From Squalus acanthias (taxonomy: Eukaryota), in contig CM059432.1 of NCBI GenBank assembly GCA_030390025.1, positions 13,640,001 through 13,704,000 on the forward strand: a stretch of DNA of 64,000 bases. The letters are read 5' to 3'. A program made the translations under genes and the position numbers. Each line of letters begins with the position of its first letter. Positions within the stretch are counted from its first letter, which is position 1. Below, piece after piece: positions 1 to 13,304 of this stretch. Below the pieces are notes generated by a model that saw nothing but the letters and a program-made list of their open reading frames with translations, searched no databases and had not been told where the DNA came from.

Positions 1-134
1 GTCACACTCCTCCTTTACCAACCAAGCAAGACACCAGTTTTAAGGTGGCATTTCATTTCCCCACTGTTCTTATTGCTTCACACAGTTTTCTTCAGCTTAA
101 GCTACTATGCCCTAACCACGCTTGCACGAGACAG

Positions 135-470
135 AGTTCAAGTCCACTTTAGAATTTGAGCACATAATCGAAGGCTGATCAATTCAGTGCAGTCGTGAGG
201 GACTGCTGCGTTGCCAGAGGTGCCATCTTTGAGGTGGGACATTAAGATGAGGCAACACCTGCCTATTCAGCCCATGGCTCTATTTGAAGAGGAGCAGGGA
301 ATTCTCCCAGTGTCGAGGGCAACGTTCCTTCATCACCCAACATGACCAAAACAGACTGACTGGTCATTCCCCTGGTTGCTGTTTGTAAGACCTTGCTGTG
401 TGCGAATTGGTTGCCATGATTGCAGGCAAAACAGTGACGGCACTTCAAAAATAATTAACTGGCTGTCAAA
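135..470 (+). mobile_element. Old Deu-domain SINE copy
   Basis: gagttcaagtcc box B; cccatggctctatttgaagaggagcaggg central motif. Confidence 0.7.
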
Positions 471-1239
471 CATTTTTAAATGTTCTGAATGCAAATGCAC
501 TATAAAAATTATATATTTATTCTATATATGCGCAAGCTTTTTCCCCTTTCTAAACAGCTTTTGCTGAATAAGCAATGTGTTAAAACTTTTGTCCTGTTTT
601 CATGGTTCAATGTCTTTTTAAAACAAAATGTCACCATAAGATGGAATGTATCTTATTGCTAATTTACTTAATCTGCAGGAGGCTTCACTTACAGAATAAA
701 TGAACAGCAGGGCATCAGTCCAAGTCTATAATCTAATCAAGGTGCTCAGGAGACATTAGAAACCACAAGAGCAGAGATCGACTGGTCTATGAACATAGCT
801 TGAATCGTACTGCAGATTTATTAAAGGAATCAGCAGCAGATTGTGGGGAAATTGTACATCCAACGTATACATTTCAGAAACTGCGATGTATCTCAGTGTT
901 TTTGCAGATATTTTCCAATTACTTTTCCTTGAATATGGCCTACATCAGTATGACCACAATTGACAGAGGTCTAGCATTCCCAAGTCAAATATTTATGGTT
1001 CCACGTCTAATGGGCAACAATTTTCCCAGCAATTTTTTGTTTGGTGATAAGCATTGCTGGAATAGATTAATAAACCACTGCAGAGCAAAGCAGCTTTAAA
1101 GAATTAAATATGCCAAGAAGCCAGATAATGCCCCTTTAAACACTCAATCTAAATTGACAACAGGATGGAAACCAGTTGAGAGGTTTGAAGCATGTTATTT
1201 TCGCCACATCACCCCTAGATTAGGGGGTATATAAAAAAA

Positions 1240-1482
1240 AACAACCAAGGTTCCCGCTCCTGATTGCTATGCAGCGCCTCCTGGTGGAATGTTTGTGCGC
1301 CGATGTCGGGCAAAAAACATGATTGTTTGTTGACTGTCATGAATGGCCTCCATAGTCAAATAGCCTTCGAACATCAGCGCCCAGGTTCATAGGTGCAAAT
1401 GGCTACTTGGGGGAGGTACCGGAGGGCGGCCATCACCTGTGGAACCGTAGTCTAGTGCGAGTCAAAAGCTTCAGGAGAGAAA
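1240..1482 (+). repeat. Old unclassified interspersed repeat, with related copies at ~12170-12460 (+) and ~44115-44360 (-)
   Basis: Shared blocks such as ggttcccgctcct/gggctccctctcct, acatgattg, catagt, tacttgg...aggtacc. Confidence 0.45.
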
Positions 1483-2192
1483 GACATTGGGGCGGAGGAG
1501 GAAGAAAAAAAAATAAAAATAAATGCATACTCCAGATTTGGGTAACTGAAAACAGAACTTTACAACACACTCTGCGTTCTGCCCAGAGCAGTGTTTTTAA
1601 TTAACCTTTCACTCCCAAGGATTTCAGAATATTCCAAAAGTTTCGAATGGCAAGTGACTATGTCCGATTTATAGAGAAGGGGGTTAAGAAGTGGGGGGGG
1701 GGGGGGGGGGGGGGAAGAAAAAGAATAAAATAATTGGCTAACATTTCCTGGAGAAAGTGTTCCAGCAGCCCTTAACCAGATGTGCACTGGCACGCACTGA
1801 CGCGACGAGCTTGTGCTTTTTAATCACAATGCACCCTGCGAAGAGGCGTTTGCGTGAGTTGTATCTCCGCCTTGAGGAATGCAGCAGGATAAGTCGACAG
1901 AGCTTGCTGCTCTGTGCGATAATGACTACAGGGAATGTGGGAGGCACTTTATGTGCCAGAATATTTATTTATTACTGAGGCCGACAGCCCTATACAAGTG
2001 GATTGAACACAACACAGTACAAAATGCACGAGCACTTAACTCAGAAGAAGATTTCGATTTTGTGTTTGAAGTAGCCCTGTTTTTTGGTCACTCGAGAGCT
2101 TTTGCCAGTGGGAAATACGTCTGCAGTCATGTAATAGATGCGAGTGCCTCATTCGATTTTAGTGCAGACGTATAGTTTTGAAGGTGCGTGGG

Positions 2193-2351
2193 GGTCATTT
2201 TCAACTTCGACGGGGCGTAAAACTGGTTGTAGTGGATGGGCCGGCCATCACACTGACTTCAAAGAAAAAGGAAAAAAAAATCGGGCGGGGTGCGCAATGG
2301 GCGCAGATCTGCTCCCGCCAATTTTCCGCCTCACCCAAGTTGAAAATTACC
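2193..2351. mobile_element. Short MITE, possibly Harbinger-type
   Basis: 15-bp inverted ends ggtcattttcaactt / aagttgaaaattacc (14 of 15); CpG-rich interior. Confidence 0.6.
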
Positions 2352-3160
2352 ATTGCCTTTCTGCCACTCCACCGCCCCCCATAACCCTCAAACAAAATCA
2401 AAACCCTGCACACTGTTATTTAAGAATTTAAACAAAGCTGAACATTGTGAAAAGCTTCAATGTCTTTCTCAAACTCTTCTACCAAGTCAGCATTCAGTGC
2501 TCTGGCGGAATGTGTTTATTGGACAAGTTTATGACTTAAATCAGACATCTTAATTGGCATTTCGTTTTGCACTTTCCTACATTTATAACCATGTCCTAAA
2601 GCATCAATAACTGTTCTGCATCCACCTTCTTAATTCTGCTGCAGGTTTTAACACTTACATCAATGTTCGGCCCATTTGAATCTTTGTTTTTAGCCCAGCT
2701 GATTATTTCCTCAGTTCCGTCTTTGTCCTGACCCAATACCTCTTCAGCCAAGACTCTGGACAAATATTTGGCTGCCAAACCGCCTTCCCCAGTGTAGCCA
2801 GTAAGTCGCCCTTATTTTCTGCTCCCTCCAGTCTGTATGGAGACACTCCAGCCTCTGCTTGGTATCTCCCTACTTGATGTTGATCAGAGCAGCAATTCAG
2901 CAGAACAGGACTCGAGCCTGCATCCTTCCCCGTTCTGCACCACCCTCGAATGAGAATCCCTTAAAAAAGTCAGTCAGTCAGATTCATGCCCCAAGCAGGT
3001 CTACTGATGAGGTCATGAGAAATCAAGACCAGGATGAACAAGACAAAGCGCATATCATCCAGCTGGCCAGGCAGCTGGGTCCAAGTATAGAACCTGCTCA
3101 GTCCATTTTTCAGAACCTCATGTTTTCAGGATGCAGGAAGAATGTTCCTGATGGTCGGAG

Positions 3161-3473
3161 AGTCCAGTACCAGGGGTCATAATCTAAGGATAAGGGGTAA
3201 GCCATTTAGGACAGAAATGAGGAGGAATTTCTTCACCCAGAGTGGTGAACCTGTGGAATTCTCTACCACAGAAGGTAGTTGAGGCCAAGTCATTAAATAT
3301 ATTCAAGAATGAGTTAGATATATTTCTTAAAGCTAAAGGTATCAAGGGATATGGGGAGAAGGCAGGGACAGGGTACTGAGTTTGGATGATCAGCCATGAT
3401 CTCATCGAATGGCAGAGCAGGCTCGAGGGGCCGAATGGCCTACTCCTGCTCCTATCTTCTATGTTTCTATGTT
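3161..3473 (+). mobile_element. CR1 3' fragment, same subfamily
   Basis: Matches 21275-21588, including the tail. Confidence 0.88.
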
Positions 3474-3811
3474 TTCACCTTTATTTAAAAAGAGTAAAAC
3501 GCCTGTTAAAGTTGGTTGTGCGCAATGCATTGAATTCTAAAAGCAGTCTTCAGAATGAAAAGTCCCTCTTTAATTCAAGGCAATCAAAATCGGCCATAAA
3601 AGAACACAATATCCAAAGCAAGAAAACGTCACTCAGCCCATCAAGCCCACTCCACCCGAAGTCCATGCATGATTGCTACATGATCTCGATCAGTGGACAC
3701 TACTTTCCTTCCCTACCCTCCCTTAAAAAAGAAAGGAAAACAGCGTTATTAAACATCATTATAACCCTCAATCCGCTGCCAACATATCTCTGGGATAAAA
3801 ACAGAAAATCA

Positions 3812-4435
3812 TAGAATCTTACAGCACAGGAGGAGGCCATTCGGCCCGTCATGCCTGTGCTGGCTCTTTGAAAGAGCAGTCGTGCTCAGTCCCACATCCC
3901 CGCTATTTGTCCATAACCCTGTGAGCTCCTCATCCTCCAGTACCCGTCCAAATCCCTTTTAAAATTATTGATGGAATCAGCTTCCACCACCTTTGCAGGT
4001 GGAGCGTTCCAGATCCCCACAACTCAGTGAAAAAAATTCTCATCTCCCCTCTAGATTTTTTGCCAATGATTTTGAATCTATGACCTCTAGTTCTTGACCC
4101 ACTCGCCAGAGGGAATATTTTTTCCCCCATTTACTCCATCAAAACCTATTATCTTGAAAAGCTCTATTAGGTCGCTTCTTAACCTTCTCTGTTCCAAGGA
4201 GAACAGTCCCAACTTTTCCAACCTCTCCTCATAACTAAAGTCCCTCATCCCTGGTCACATCCCTGGTAAACCTCCTCTGCACCCTTTTGAAGGCCTTTAC
4301 ATCTGCCCAGGGTTGTCCCCAATACTCCAGCTGAGGCCTAACCCAGTGATTTATAAAGTTCTAGCATGATCTGTTTGCTTTTGTATTCTACTCCTCTATT
4401 TATAAACCCAAGTAACCCATATGCTTTTTTAAACC
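3812..4435 (-). mobile_element. CR1 3' fragment
   Basis: SRTRGHRFKI and KAYGLLGFINRGVEYKS; CR1 tail. Confidence 0.85.
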
Positions 4436-4439
4436 ACTG

Positions 4440-4670
4440 GAAACAGAGGTCAATCAGCATCTGCAAGGAGAAAAGACAAGTTAATGTTTTGGGTGCAAGA
4501 CCCTTCTTCAAAAAGATAATCAAGCTCCCTGGTGGATCAGTGAAGGAGAAAAGGGGAAGGGGGTTAGGGAGAGACTACAGATTCTCTAGTCACAGTGAAC
4601 AGATGGAGTGACCAACAAAGTGTTGAATAGAAAAGCAGAGGACGTGTCAGATGGCGTGAAAGATCACCTT
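4440..4670 (-). mobile_element. Old Penelope terminal fragment
   Basis: caatcagcatctgcaaggagaaaagacaagttaatgttttgggtgcaagacccttcttca resembles the terminal repeat, with a decayed hammerhead motif. Confidence 0.5.
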
Positions 4671-4694
4671 GGGTGAAGTAATAAAGAGACATTG

Positions 4695-5300
4695 CGGGGC
4701 CTTTTTAAACTTCGGCCTAAAACGGGCACAAAGTCAGAGGTGCGCCCGCAGCACCTGCACAAAGCCACTGTCGGGAGGGCCGAAGCGTTTTCAGTTTCAG
4801 GCCCCATTTAAAAACTTAAAAAAAAACAGACGAGCTGCGGGTGCTAAATGGGCCACTCCCTGGCAGCTCGCTGGTTTCTGGAAGGCAGAAATTCAGCCGG
4901 CTTCTGCGTGGAGCTGGTCAGCAGGCCGGGCCCGTCAGGAGGAGCATGGTAGGGGGGGGGGGGGGGGGGGGTGAGAATTGGCCAGCATGGGGGGGTTGCA
5001 GGACTCCTGCTCTTCCTCCGGGGCCACTTTTCTTTCGAGCAGCCTGCAGCAGTCCTTTAACGGCCGCTGGTTACACTGCTCACTGGGTTCCTATAGCTTC
5101 TCTTCCAGAGGTGTTACTTTTAAATCCTTCCTGTACAGCACCTCAGGAATGTACTATCACCTCCCAGCAACAGTATACAGGAGACAAGGATCTCAGAAAC
5201 ATGGGCAACAACATTTGAGATCCCCCCCCCACAATCGCAGTGGTCTCTCCTGCTGCACTGTGACATCATCATTGGTATAGCTGGTATTCTTACATTTAAA
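4695..5300 (-). mobile_element. GC-rich non-autonomous element with possible Harbinger transposase traces
   Basis: Minus-strand CD...ISNVVAH and LLGGDST resemble NVVARWPG and LLGDSGY; heavily decayed. Confidence 0.35.
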
Positions 5301-5526
5301 AAAAAATAATTCCCCCTCAAAGTTTTTTGGCAGTGAATTTTTTAATGCAAATTAATGCCAATCACACAGATTTCTAAAATACTTCATTTTTTTTTTGTAA
5401 TGCTGGGTCCATTTGCAGCATCATTCCCGTCACCCGTGTCTGTTTGCAACCTTGCTGTTCCATGTGCTTTGGACCTCCATTTAGGGTTTGTAGGTTATGA
5501 ATTATTTCCTCTCCTTGCTTTCCAGC

Positions 5527-6560
5527 AATAAGGTATGGCTGCTCTGTATCTTAGCTCCATCTGCCCGCTTTGGTTCCATATCCCTTAATACCCTTACCTA
5601 ACAAAAAAATCTATCAATCTCAGTTTCGAAATTTTCTATTGACCCCCAGCCTCAATAGCTTTTTGGAGGAGAGTGTTCCAGATCTCCACTACCCTCTGTG
5701 TGCAGAAGTGCTTCCTGCCATCATCCCTGAACGGCCTAACTCCAATTTTATGCCCACTTGTTCTGGACTCCCCCACCAGAGGAAATTGTTTCTCTCTATC
5801 TAGCCTATCAAATCCTTTAATCATCTTGAACACCTCAATTAGATCACCCCTTAATCTTCTCTACTCAAAAAGGAATACAAGCCCAGTCTATGCAACCTGT
5901 CCTCAGAATTTAACCCCTTTAACACCAGTATCATTCTGGTGAATTTACACCGCAGCCCCTCCAAGGGCCAATATATCCTTCGTGAGGTACGGTGGCCAGA
6001 ACTGAACACGAACTGAATCAGATGTGCTGTAACCTGAGCTTTATGCAACTGTAGCATAACCTCCGCCCCTTTGTATTCCAGCCCCCTTCAGATAAAGGCC
6101 AACTAACATTCCATTAGTCTTTATCATTTTTGTAGTATCTGTCCACTAGTTTTTAGTGAATTCTGCACAGGGACCCCTAAATCTCTCTGCTCCTCCACAG
6201 TTCCTAGCTTCTCACCATGTAGAAAATACTCTGACCTATCTTTTTTGGGTTTAAAGGATGACCTCATACTTCCCCCCACACTGAACTCCTTCTGCCAGTT
6301 CTGCCCACTCACTTAATCGATCAATGTCCCTTTGCAACTTTCTGCTCCCATCTGCACTACTTACTCTACCACCTAACTTAGCGTCATCAGCAAACCTAGA
6401 TATACGGCTCTCTATTCTTTCATCTATTGATAAATATAGTGAAAAGCTGAGGCCTCAGTACACATCCCTGGGGGACACCACTCATCACATCCTGCCAATT
6501 GGAGTACATACCCATTACCCCTACTCCCTGTCTCCTACCTCCTAACCTATGTCCCTTCGT
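5527..6560 (-). mobile_element. CR1 fragment (older)
   Basis: KGFDRLDREKQFPLVGESRT; FADD-region remnant near 6385. Confidence 0.8.
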
Positions 6561-8399
6561 TCAATGATGAAAAATTTCACAGCATTCCTGGGAGTGACTC
6601 TCAAGCAAGAGACTGGTTCGAACTGTGGCCCCACAGAAGATGTAACGCCGTTTTAACTAAGCACACTGCCAGATCAGTAGGCCAGAACAATTTTAAGATA
6701 CAATAGCTTGAAAAGCAAATCTCATGCAGGCTCCTGCATCAACCTGACATCTGAACTGAAGCTACAAGGCATCAAGTAAAAAGCTCACAGTTAAAGGAAC
6801 ACGCCTGGAAGAACAGCAAGTCCACTATTCTAAACCTTCTTTTACCAGCCAGGTTTAGAACAGTGGGATATGTACACAGACTAATCTCTTCCTTAGCAGA
6901 ACAATGGCCCGTTCATGGGCTGCTTCTTTTGAACAGTGCAAGAATGGTGCAATAACCCAACAATGTCCCCTTCTGGTCAAATCTTTGCAGCATAATTTGT
7001 TACAGTAGAAAAAAATATTCCTGATGCAACATGTTTGAAATCTACAAGTCCTTAAAGCTTTGAAGTTACCTATTAAATTGGCCAAGAGGCATATTTCTCA
7101 TGTTTCATTTGACTCGAAAATGCCATGAGAGTCTGAATGGAGGGGGAGGGGCATCATCTGTCGAACGTTGATGGACGAAGTTCTGTTGAATTCCTGTCCT
7201 GACAAATAAGTGCAACAGCCACTTACAAGAGCAACCTATCTGGTTACAAGAACGTGATTCAGCTTATTCAAAAAGGCATTTGCATCGAATCTTTTAACTC
7301 ATTGTGCGCAATATTGATACATCAATCGCACAAACAAACTCGCTTAAAAAAAAAGGTACTGTTCTGTTCAGCAAGTATTGTTAGTAGACCTTAATGATCT
7401 TTCCCTCTCCCAGCCCCACCCCTTTCAAATTGAGTTTCTACCATAAGTAATTGGTAATACAAAATGGAAACAAAAAACACACAGCTGTTCCCTTTCCCTG
7501 GCCCCACCCCGCGTAATAAGCTTGCAAACTTAGAACTGAGCAACTATGGCTGCATCATCCCTCACCTCCCCACCCCCACCACCCCTCTCAGCTTCCTACC
7601 CCCGACGTAGGCTCTTCATCTTTCCCCATTTGTGCATTAAGGACACACATGATGGAGCTACAACATCTGCCTCCATACCTTGAGGGTAAAAGCTGGCATT
7701 GTTACACTAGAGTGCAGCCAGTAGCAAGTGCACGATTCTATCCTCGATTTAGTGCGCTCCAAAGCGTACATGACCTGGCCTGCAGGGAACCAAAAGCATT
7801 GTAGATTATGAATGTGAGTCTATGAATCTGCCATCAGATTAATGCCCCCTATTTCAGCCAAACAAACAAGGACTGAGACCGAGAGTCCCGTGCATTCCAG
7901 ATTGTATAAAGTACAAATTCTCTAAATAATTAGAGTTGTCTCTGTTTTTGCTGAAACAAAAACCCACCTATCTTTACGGGTATGGATGAATGAACTTGGT
8001 CCGACAGATGGAAGTCTATGCAATCGTTCTCATCAGCCATCCACATCAAGATAATGAATAATAAAGCCATGCTGCTCATTTGAGCTCATCCACACAGAAA
8101 AACCATTAAAGCCCTCTTCACAACATCCAATGGTTTCTGAAGTGGTCCTCTGCAACCGCCTCACCTTTTTACTGCTCTCCCTGCCTTCGAAGTGATTTTC
8201 AAGACCTATCTTTTTTTCAAACCATGAATTCAGTCACCTCTCCCAATTGTTTAACTCCTACTCGCTCCGCTCTCCTAGCTGAAGTGCCTTACAACATTTT
8301 AGTACAAAGAAGATGCAATACAAATTGTGGTTGACTATATTACCCGTCATACAGGTAATCCTCGAGTTTACACCCGATAATTGACTGTTATTTTACCCG

Positions 8400-9120
8400 C
8401 GACTGATGCAAGATCAATGGGTCTGTTAGTGGTCATCCTTTTTTGAAAACGGGTACCAGGTTAGCCCGTTTCCAATCTACCAACACCTCCCCTCAATGAC
8501 TGGCAGTGCCTCGCAGATCTCACCCCTTGTCTGCCTCAGCACAGTGGGAAAATACCATCTAGCCCTGGGTTATTTGAAGGAAGTAATTGTTCAGTATATT
8601 AACAATCCGATGCTCATCCTCAGTTTCAAGTCCCATTATCACCTTTTATGGGCTCTCATCTCTCGTCTAGCTGCCCTTTTACGGCTAAGTACTGAAAGAA
8701 TCTCCGTTATGCTTTGCGTGTGCAACTATGCTTTTCCGAAGGCCCTCTTGCCGATGCGACCATTCTTTTAACATGTTTCAGCAGGCTCCTAGATTCACTC
8801 CAATGGCACTCCTTCATCTTCCTCACAATTTGTTTTCCCCCCCCTCCCCCCACCCCTCTCATTTTGCTTCTGATTGTGTTAATCCAATTAGGGCCACACT
8901 TGATTACCCTTAATGTACTAAACCTCAGTAAGTATTTATCCTGCATGCTCAGCACTACACTTTTAATGGCGTTCGGCTTGTCCTCTGCTAAAGTGTTAGC
9001 AAAACTCCCCCAGTTTCCTAAAGCTGTTCACTCAATTCCTTTTTAATTGATATATACCCGGCTCCTGCTACTTCTGAATCCAAGATCATATTGGACTGGA
9101 TCATTCTGTATTTGACTGCA
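8400..9120 (-). mobile_element. Very old CR1 ORF2 fragment
   Basis: Remnant of the W..AN..P.FKKG...PI.L region at 8410-8480. Confidence 0.5.
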
Positions 9121-9232
9121 CTTAAAATTAATTGACTGTGAAGAACTTTGGGACATTGTGAGGACATGTAAAGCATTATATAAATGCAAGTTAGTTCTTT
9201 TAACAATTTTCATATTTCTCCATCTATTATAC

Positions 9233-9725
9233 GAACATACGAATTAGGAGCAGGAATAGGCCACTCGGCCCCTCGAGCCTGCTCCGCCATTCAATAAGAT
9301 CATGGCTGATCTGATTACTCCACATTCCCGCCTACCCCCGATAACCTTTCACCCCCTTACTTATCAAGAACCTATCTACCTCTTTTAGCTTTTTATTCCA
9401 GATTTATTTAATTAGCTGAATTTAAATTCCCCAGCTGCCGTGGTGGGATTTGAATTCATGTCTCCGGATCATTAGTCCAGGCCTCTGGATTACTAGCCCA
9501 GTGACATTACCACTATGCTACGGTACCCCTATCGAATGCGCTTCCACCGCCCTCTCAGGAAATGCATTGCAGATCATAACAAATCGGGAGTAAAAAAAAA
9601 AATTCTCATCTTCCCTGGCTTTTTTGGCAATTATCTTAAATCTGTGTCCTCTAGTTACCGACTCTCCTGCCAGTAAAAGCGGCTTCTCCCTATCTACTCT
9701 ATCAAAACCCATCATTTTGAATACA
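9233..9725 (-). mobile_element. CR1 3' fragments flanking a SINE head
   Basis: CR1 tail at 9233-9383; GESVTRGHRFKI at 9530-9725. Confidence 0.75.
9386..9528 (-). mobile_element. 5' part of the second SINE family
   Basis: Close reverse complement of 10094-10238. Confidence 0.8.
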
Positions 9726-10092
9726 GTCAATTCAGTAGCTGTTTCTTCTCCCTTGGAAGCCAAACATTTCAGCTCTCCACAATCTTCCCAAGTGGCCTGT
9801 CCTAAAGCAGCTCTATTCAAATCTGCAGGATTGTGGCTTCCTCTGGGAGTGCCTGGGCCAGGATACTTAGTGCATGCCAAGTGTACAGCTCTAGCTACCC
9901 AGAACAGAACGTAGTTGGAAAAGGGTAGACCATAATGTTTCCATTCACCTACCTCTGCAAATTCACTCTAGACACAAACATTCACTGCTAAATCACTTCT
10001 AATCGACACTGGGATAAACAAGTGGTTAAGATTGCTGGAAGAAGGCAGTACAAGAGTGGGAAGCCTCAGTCAGGAAGGCCACTTGTCTCCAT

Positions 10093-10492
10093 TGGGCGTA
10101 CTGTAGCATAGCGGTTATGTTACTGGACTAGTAATCCAGAGGTCTGGACTAATGATCCGGAGACGTGAGTTCAAATCCCACCACGGCAGCTGGGGAATTT
10201 AAATTCAGCTAATTAAATAAATCTGGAATAAAAAGCTAGCATCAGTAATGGTGACCATGAAACTACCATCGTTAAAAACCCATCTGGTTCACTAATGTCC
10301 CTTTAGGGAAGGAAATCTGCTGCCCTTACCTTGTCTGGCCTATATGTGACCCACAGCAATATGGTTGACTTTTAACTGCCCTCTGAAATGGCCACTCAGT
10401 TGCATTTAAGGCAGCTCACCACCACCCTGGCGGGCAATTAGGGATGGGCGATAAATCCTGGCCTGGCCGGCGATGTCCACATCCCGTGAATA
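10093..10492 (+). mobile_element. Second tRNA-derived SINE family, full length
   Basis: tagcatagcggtta and gagttcaaatcc pol III boxes; 3' end shared with the third LINE family. Confidence 0.8.
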
Positions 10493-12473
10493 TCAAGAAG
10501 AATCTATCTGCTCAGTGATGAAACAGACTGCAAAGAAAACCTCTCTCTTGTTCTTCGTGCAGTCCAAAGTTATGCAGACCAGTGGACGCAATGAGGGAGG
10601 CCTCCTCCCGTGCCAGAATCCAGCCTCGGAGATGGAAATCTGGCACAGACTGCCAGATCATGACTGAAGCAACATTACACGAGTTGCCAGCATTGAATCC
10701 AGACTTCCATGTTTATGCCAGAAAACTAGAGCTGGTGCAGCTGCACTTCAATTTTATCTTGTCGATCTACAAGTCTGCGCAAAACACCAGCATCACACAC
10801 CATCTTCCATATGGAACTCTTTCCTGGAGAGTGTCGCACCTGGAACTCCGCGCCTCGTGTGCAGATTTTTTTTTAAACATTTAGCAATCTCGTGCTGAAC
10901 CAGTCACGCAATTTATACTCCAAGCATTAGTCATGGAACATAGATACAACAGACAGCTCTTAAAATATAAACCTATTCATGGTTTTGTTTGTATATTACA
11001 CAAAACAACAGCTGCAGCAGGGTTTGACAAGTATTTCAACTACAAATGCAGCCTCATTAGAAACATTGGCCTCCATTAGACACGGATATAAATCTGGACG
11101 TCGTCGCAGCGCAAGTTATACAGTACAATCGCCGGAACCCACCATGACGCTCACTGAAGCCGGGTCAGGTACGATATAAAGCTGCCATAAACCAGCTCTA
11201 GGTATGAGAGCGTGTGAGCACAAATACCAACTCCAGGAACCTTTTGAAAATATTCACTGACACATTTGCAAGTACCCCATGTTTTTAAACTTACAATTAA
11301 ATATATTAGTATACAGCAACAGTGCTGGTTGTTCTTCAAAAGATGATTTAAAAAGTCAGAAATACCCCTCACACTTCCTCGGGGGCGGGGGGGGGGCCTC
11401 AGTCTGAGCCATACAAAATACCCTAGTCTTGTAACTTGGTCTCATTTCACAGAGCAGTACCAAATATAATCCGGTGGATCTGCACGGTTACATAACACTA
11501 ACTAAAATTCACTACAGAAAAGGTTAATATAAATCTCTGCCACACCTTCTAACCTAAAGATTCTTTAAAAAAAAATTAAGTTAAATATAATAAAATGTGT
11601 AACCCCCTTTCCTTTACCTCCTAACAACCACTTTATAGCAGCAAACTTGTGGAAGGGACGGCTGCATAGATAAATTAAACTACATGAGCTTCTCTCAAAG
11701 CTCTGGACATTAGACCAACATTCAACCGCTAACACACTTCAAGCAATCTGTTATTCTGCATGAGCAGTACAACACATTACTAAACTAGGTGGCCCTCTGG
11801 GTTAGCTCCTTCAATGTGAAATCTGGTTTCAAAGCCACTCTCTCGATAGTTCCCCGGGCTCTAAAATGAATTGCATATTTACTTCCCAGTGAGCATGACT
11901 TCACAACACAAAAATGCCCAGAAGTCAGCTCCAATTGATACGATGGCAATCTCACACAGAAAGCACATAAGGAGTGGGCAACAGAAAGTACACGGCGCGA
12001 TTCTGAGGCTCAGCCACAATATTGGGCCAGAGTGGAGAGCGTTTAACATTGCATTTAACCCATACAATTATATCTGACCCGGGAGTGCTTGATGTTAACA
12101 CAAGCTACAAAAACTGTTCCTTTCGGCAGCAGAGATTCTAAGATTATTAAAATATAAAACACTCTCTCCCCACCTGGTTCAGTGTATAAATGCAGCACTT
12201 ATTGTGGTACTGAGCCATTCGGATCAAGGTTTAATCGCTAGTCTTGTGCTAAAATAGCTAATCCCATCAAAGGGGCGGGGCGGGGGGGTGAGATAAAACA
12301 TCCAGGGCTCCCTCTCCTTTTTGCTAGCAGTCACCCCACTGGAAAGCCTGTATTTGGCTATCAGGTGAGGACATGATTGGGCTCAACTGGGATTCCCCCA
12401 TAGTTGAACACTATCTAGACTCATATGAAGAATGCTTACTTGGACCAGGTACCACAGGACTCAGCCTGGTAAG

Positions 12474-12830
12474 AAAGAAAGCACTGCATTTATATAGCGC
12501 CTTTCACAACCTCAAGACGTCCCAAAGCGCTTTACAGCCAATGAAATACTTTTGGAGTGTAGTCACTGTTGTAATGTAGGAAACGCGGCAGCCAATTTGC
12601 GCACAGCAAGCTCCCACAAACAGCAATGTGATAATGGCCAGATAATCTGTTCCAGTGATGTTAGTTCAGGGATAAACGTTGGCTGGGACACCAGGGATAA
12701 CGCCCCTGCTCTTCTTCAAATAGTGCCATGGGATCCTTTACATCCACTTGAGAGAGCAGACGGCGCCTCGGTTTAATGTTACATCCGACAGTGCAGCACT
12801 CCCTCAGTACTGCACTGGACTGTCAGCCTT
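12474..12830 (-). mobile_element. Deu-domain SINE, 5'-truncated
   Basis: Same family; lies ~135 bp downstream of the TWSG1 exon 2 donor. Confidence 0.85.
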
Positions 12831-12965
12831 TGATTATGTAAGCGGAGAGTCCAGAACACAAGTCGTTTGGGGTTTAAGTTGAAGATGAGTGGACTATAAC
12901 TAATTGTGATCAGTCCATCATCCTGCTGTGCTTCACTTTTCACACTGATTTAATAGATAACCTAC

Positions 12966-13091
12966 CTGGATGAGGCACTTGCTAACATCACTAGCACACA
13001 AAGCCTTGTTGCACGCACTGGCACTGGTGATCCAACACGCAAACAGCATTGCAGCAACTACGAGTACTGCAACATATCCGGACTTCTTCAT
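12966..13091 (-). CDS. TWSG1: TWSG1 (twisted gastrulation 1) first coding exon: signal peptide plus start of Cys-rich domain
   Basis: MKKSGYVAVLVVAAMLFACWITSASACNKALCASDVSKCLIQ then GTAGG donor; CNKALCASDVSKCLIQ is the conserved TWSG1 N-terminus; pyrimidine tract plus CAG acceptor at 13137-13136 (exon starts 13135); ANKRD12-TWSG1 order as in mammals. Confidence 0.95.
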
Positions 13092-13304
13092 CTTTCTCAG
13101 ATGAGACTATCAATGCCTGGGACTGCCAAGCTGCACTGGAGGGGGTGGAAGGAAAGTGCAATTTAAAAAACGTGCAAAGAATTCATATACATCATGGTTT
13201 GTCCAAGCTACAATCATAGACAAAGTTGGCCATTTTAGTTTCCTCTTTGTATTCTTCTCTATTAGAATGTTCAAATATACAGAAGTGAAATAAATTTTGC
13301 ATTG

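Noticed and set aside
1..12965. TWSG1 exon 3 (ELCQCRP...CCDCV expected)
   Set aside because: Not found by eye on the minus strand; probably beyond the window start, though I could have missed it.
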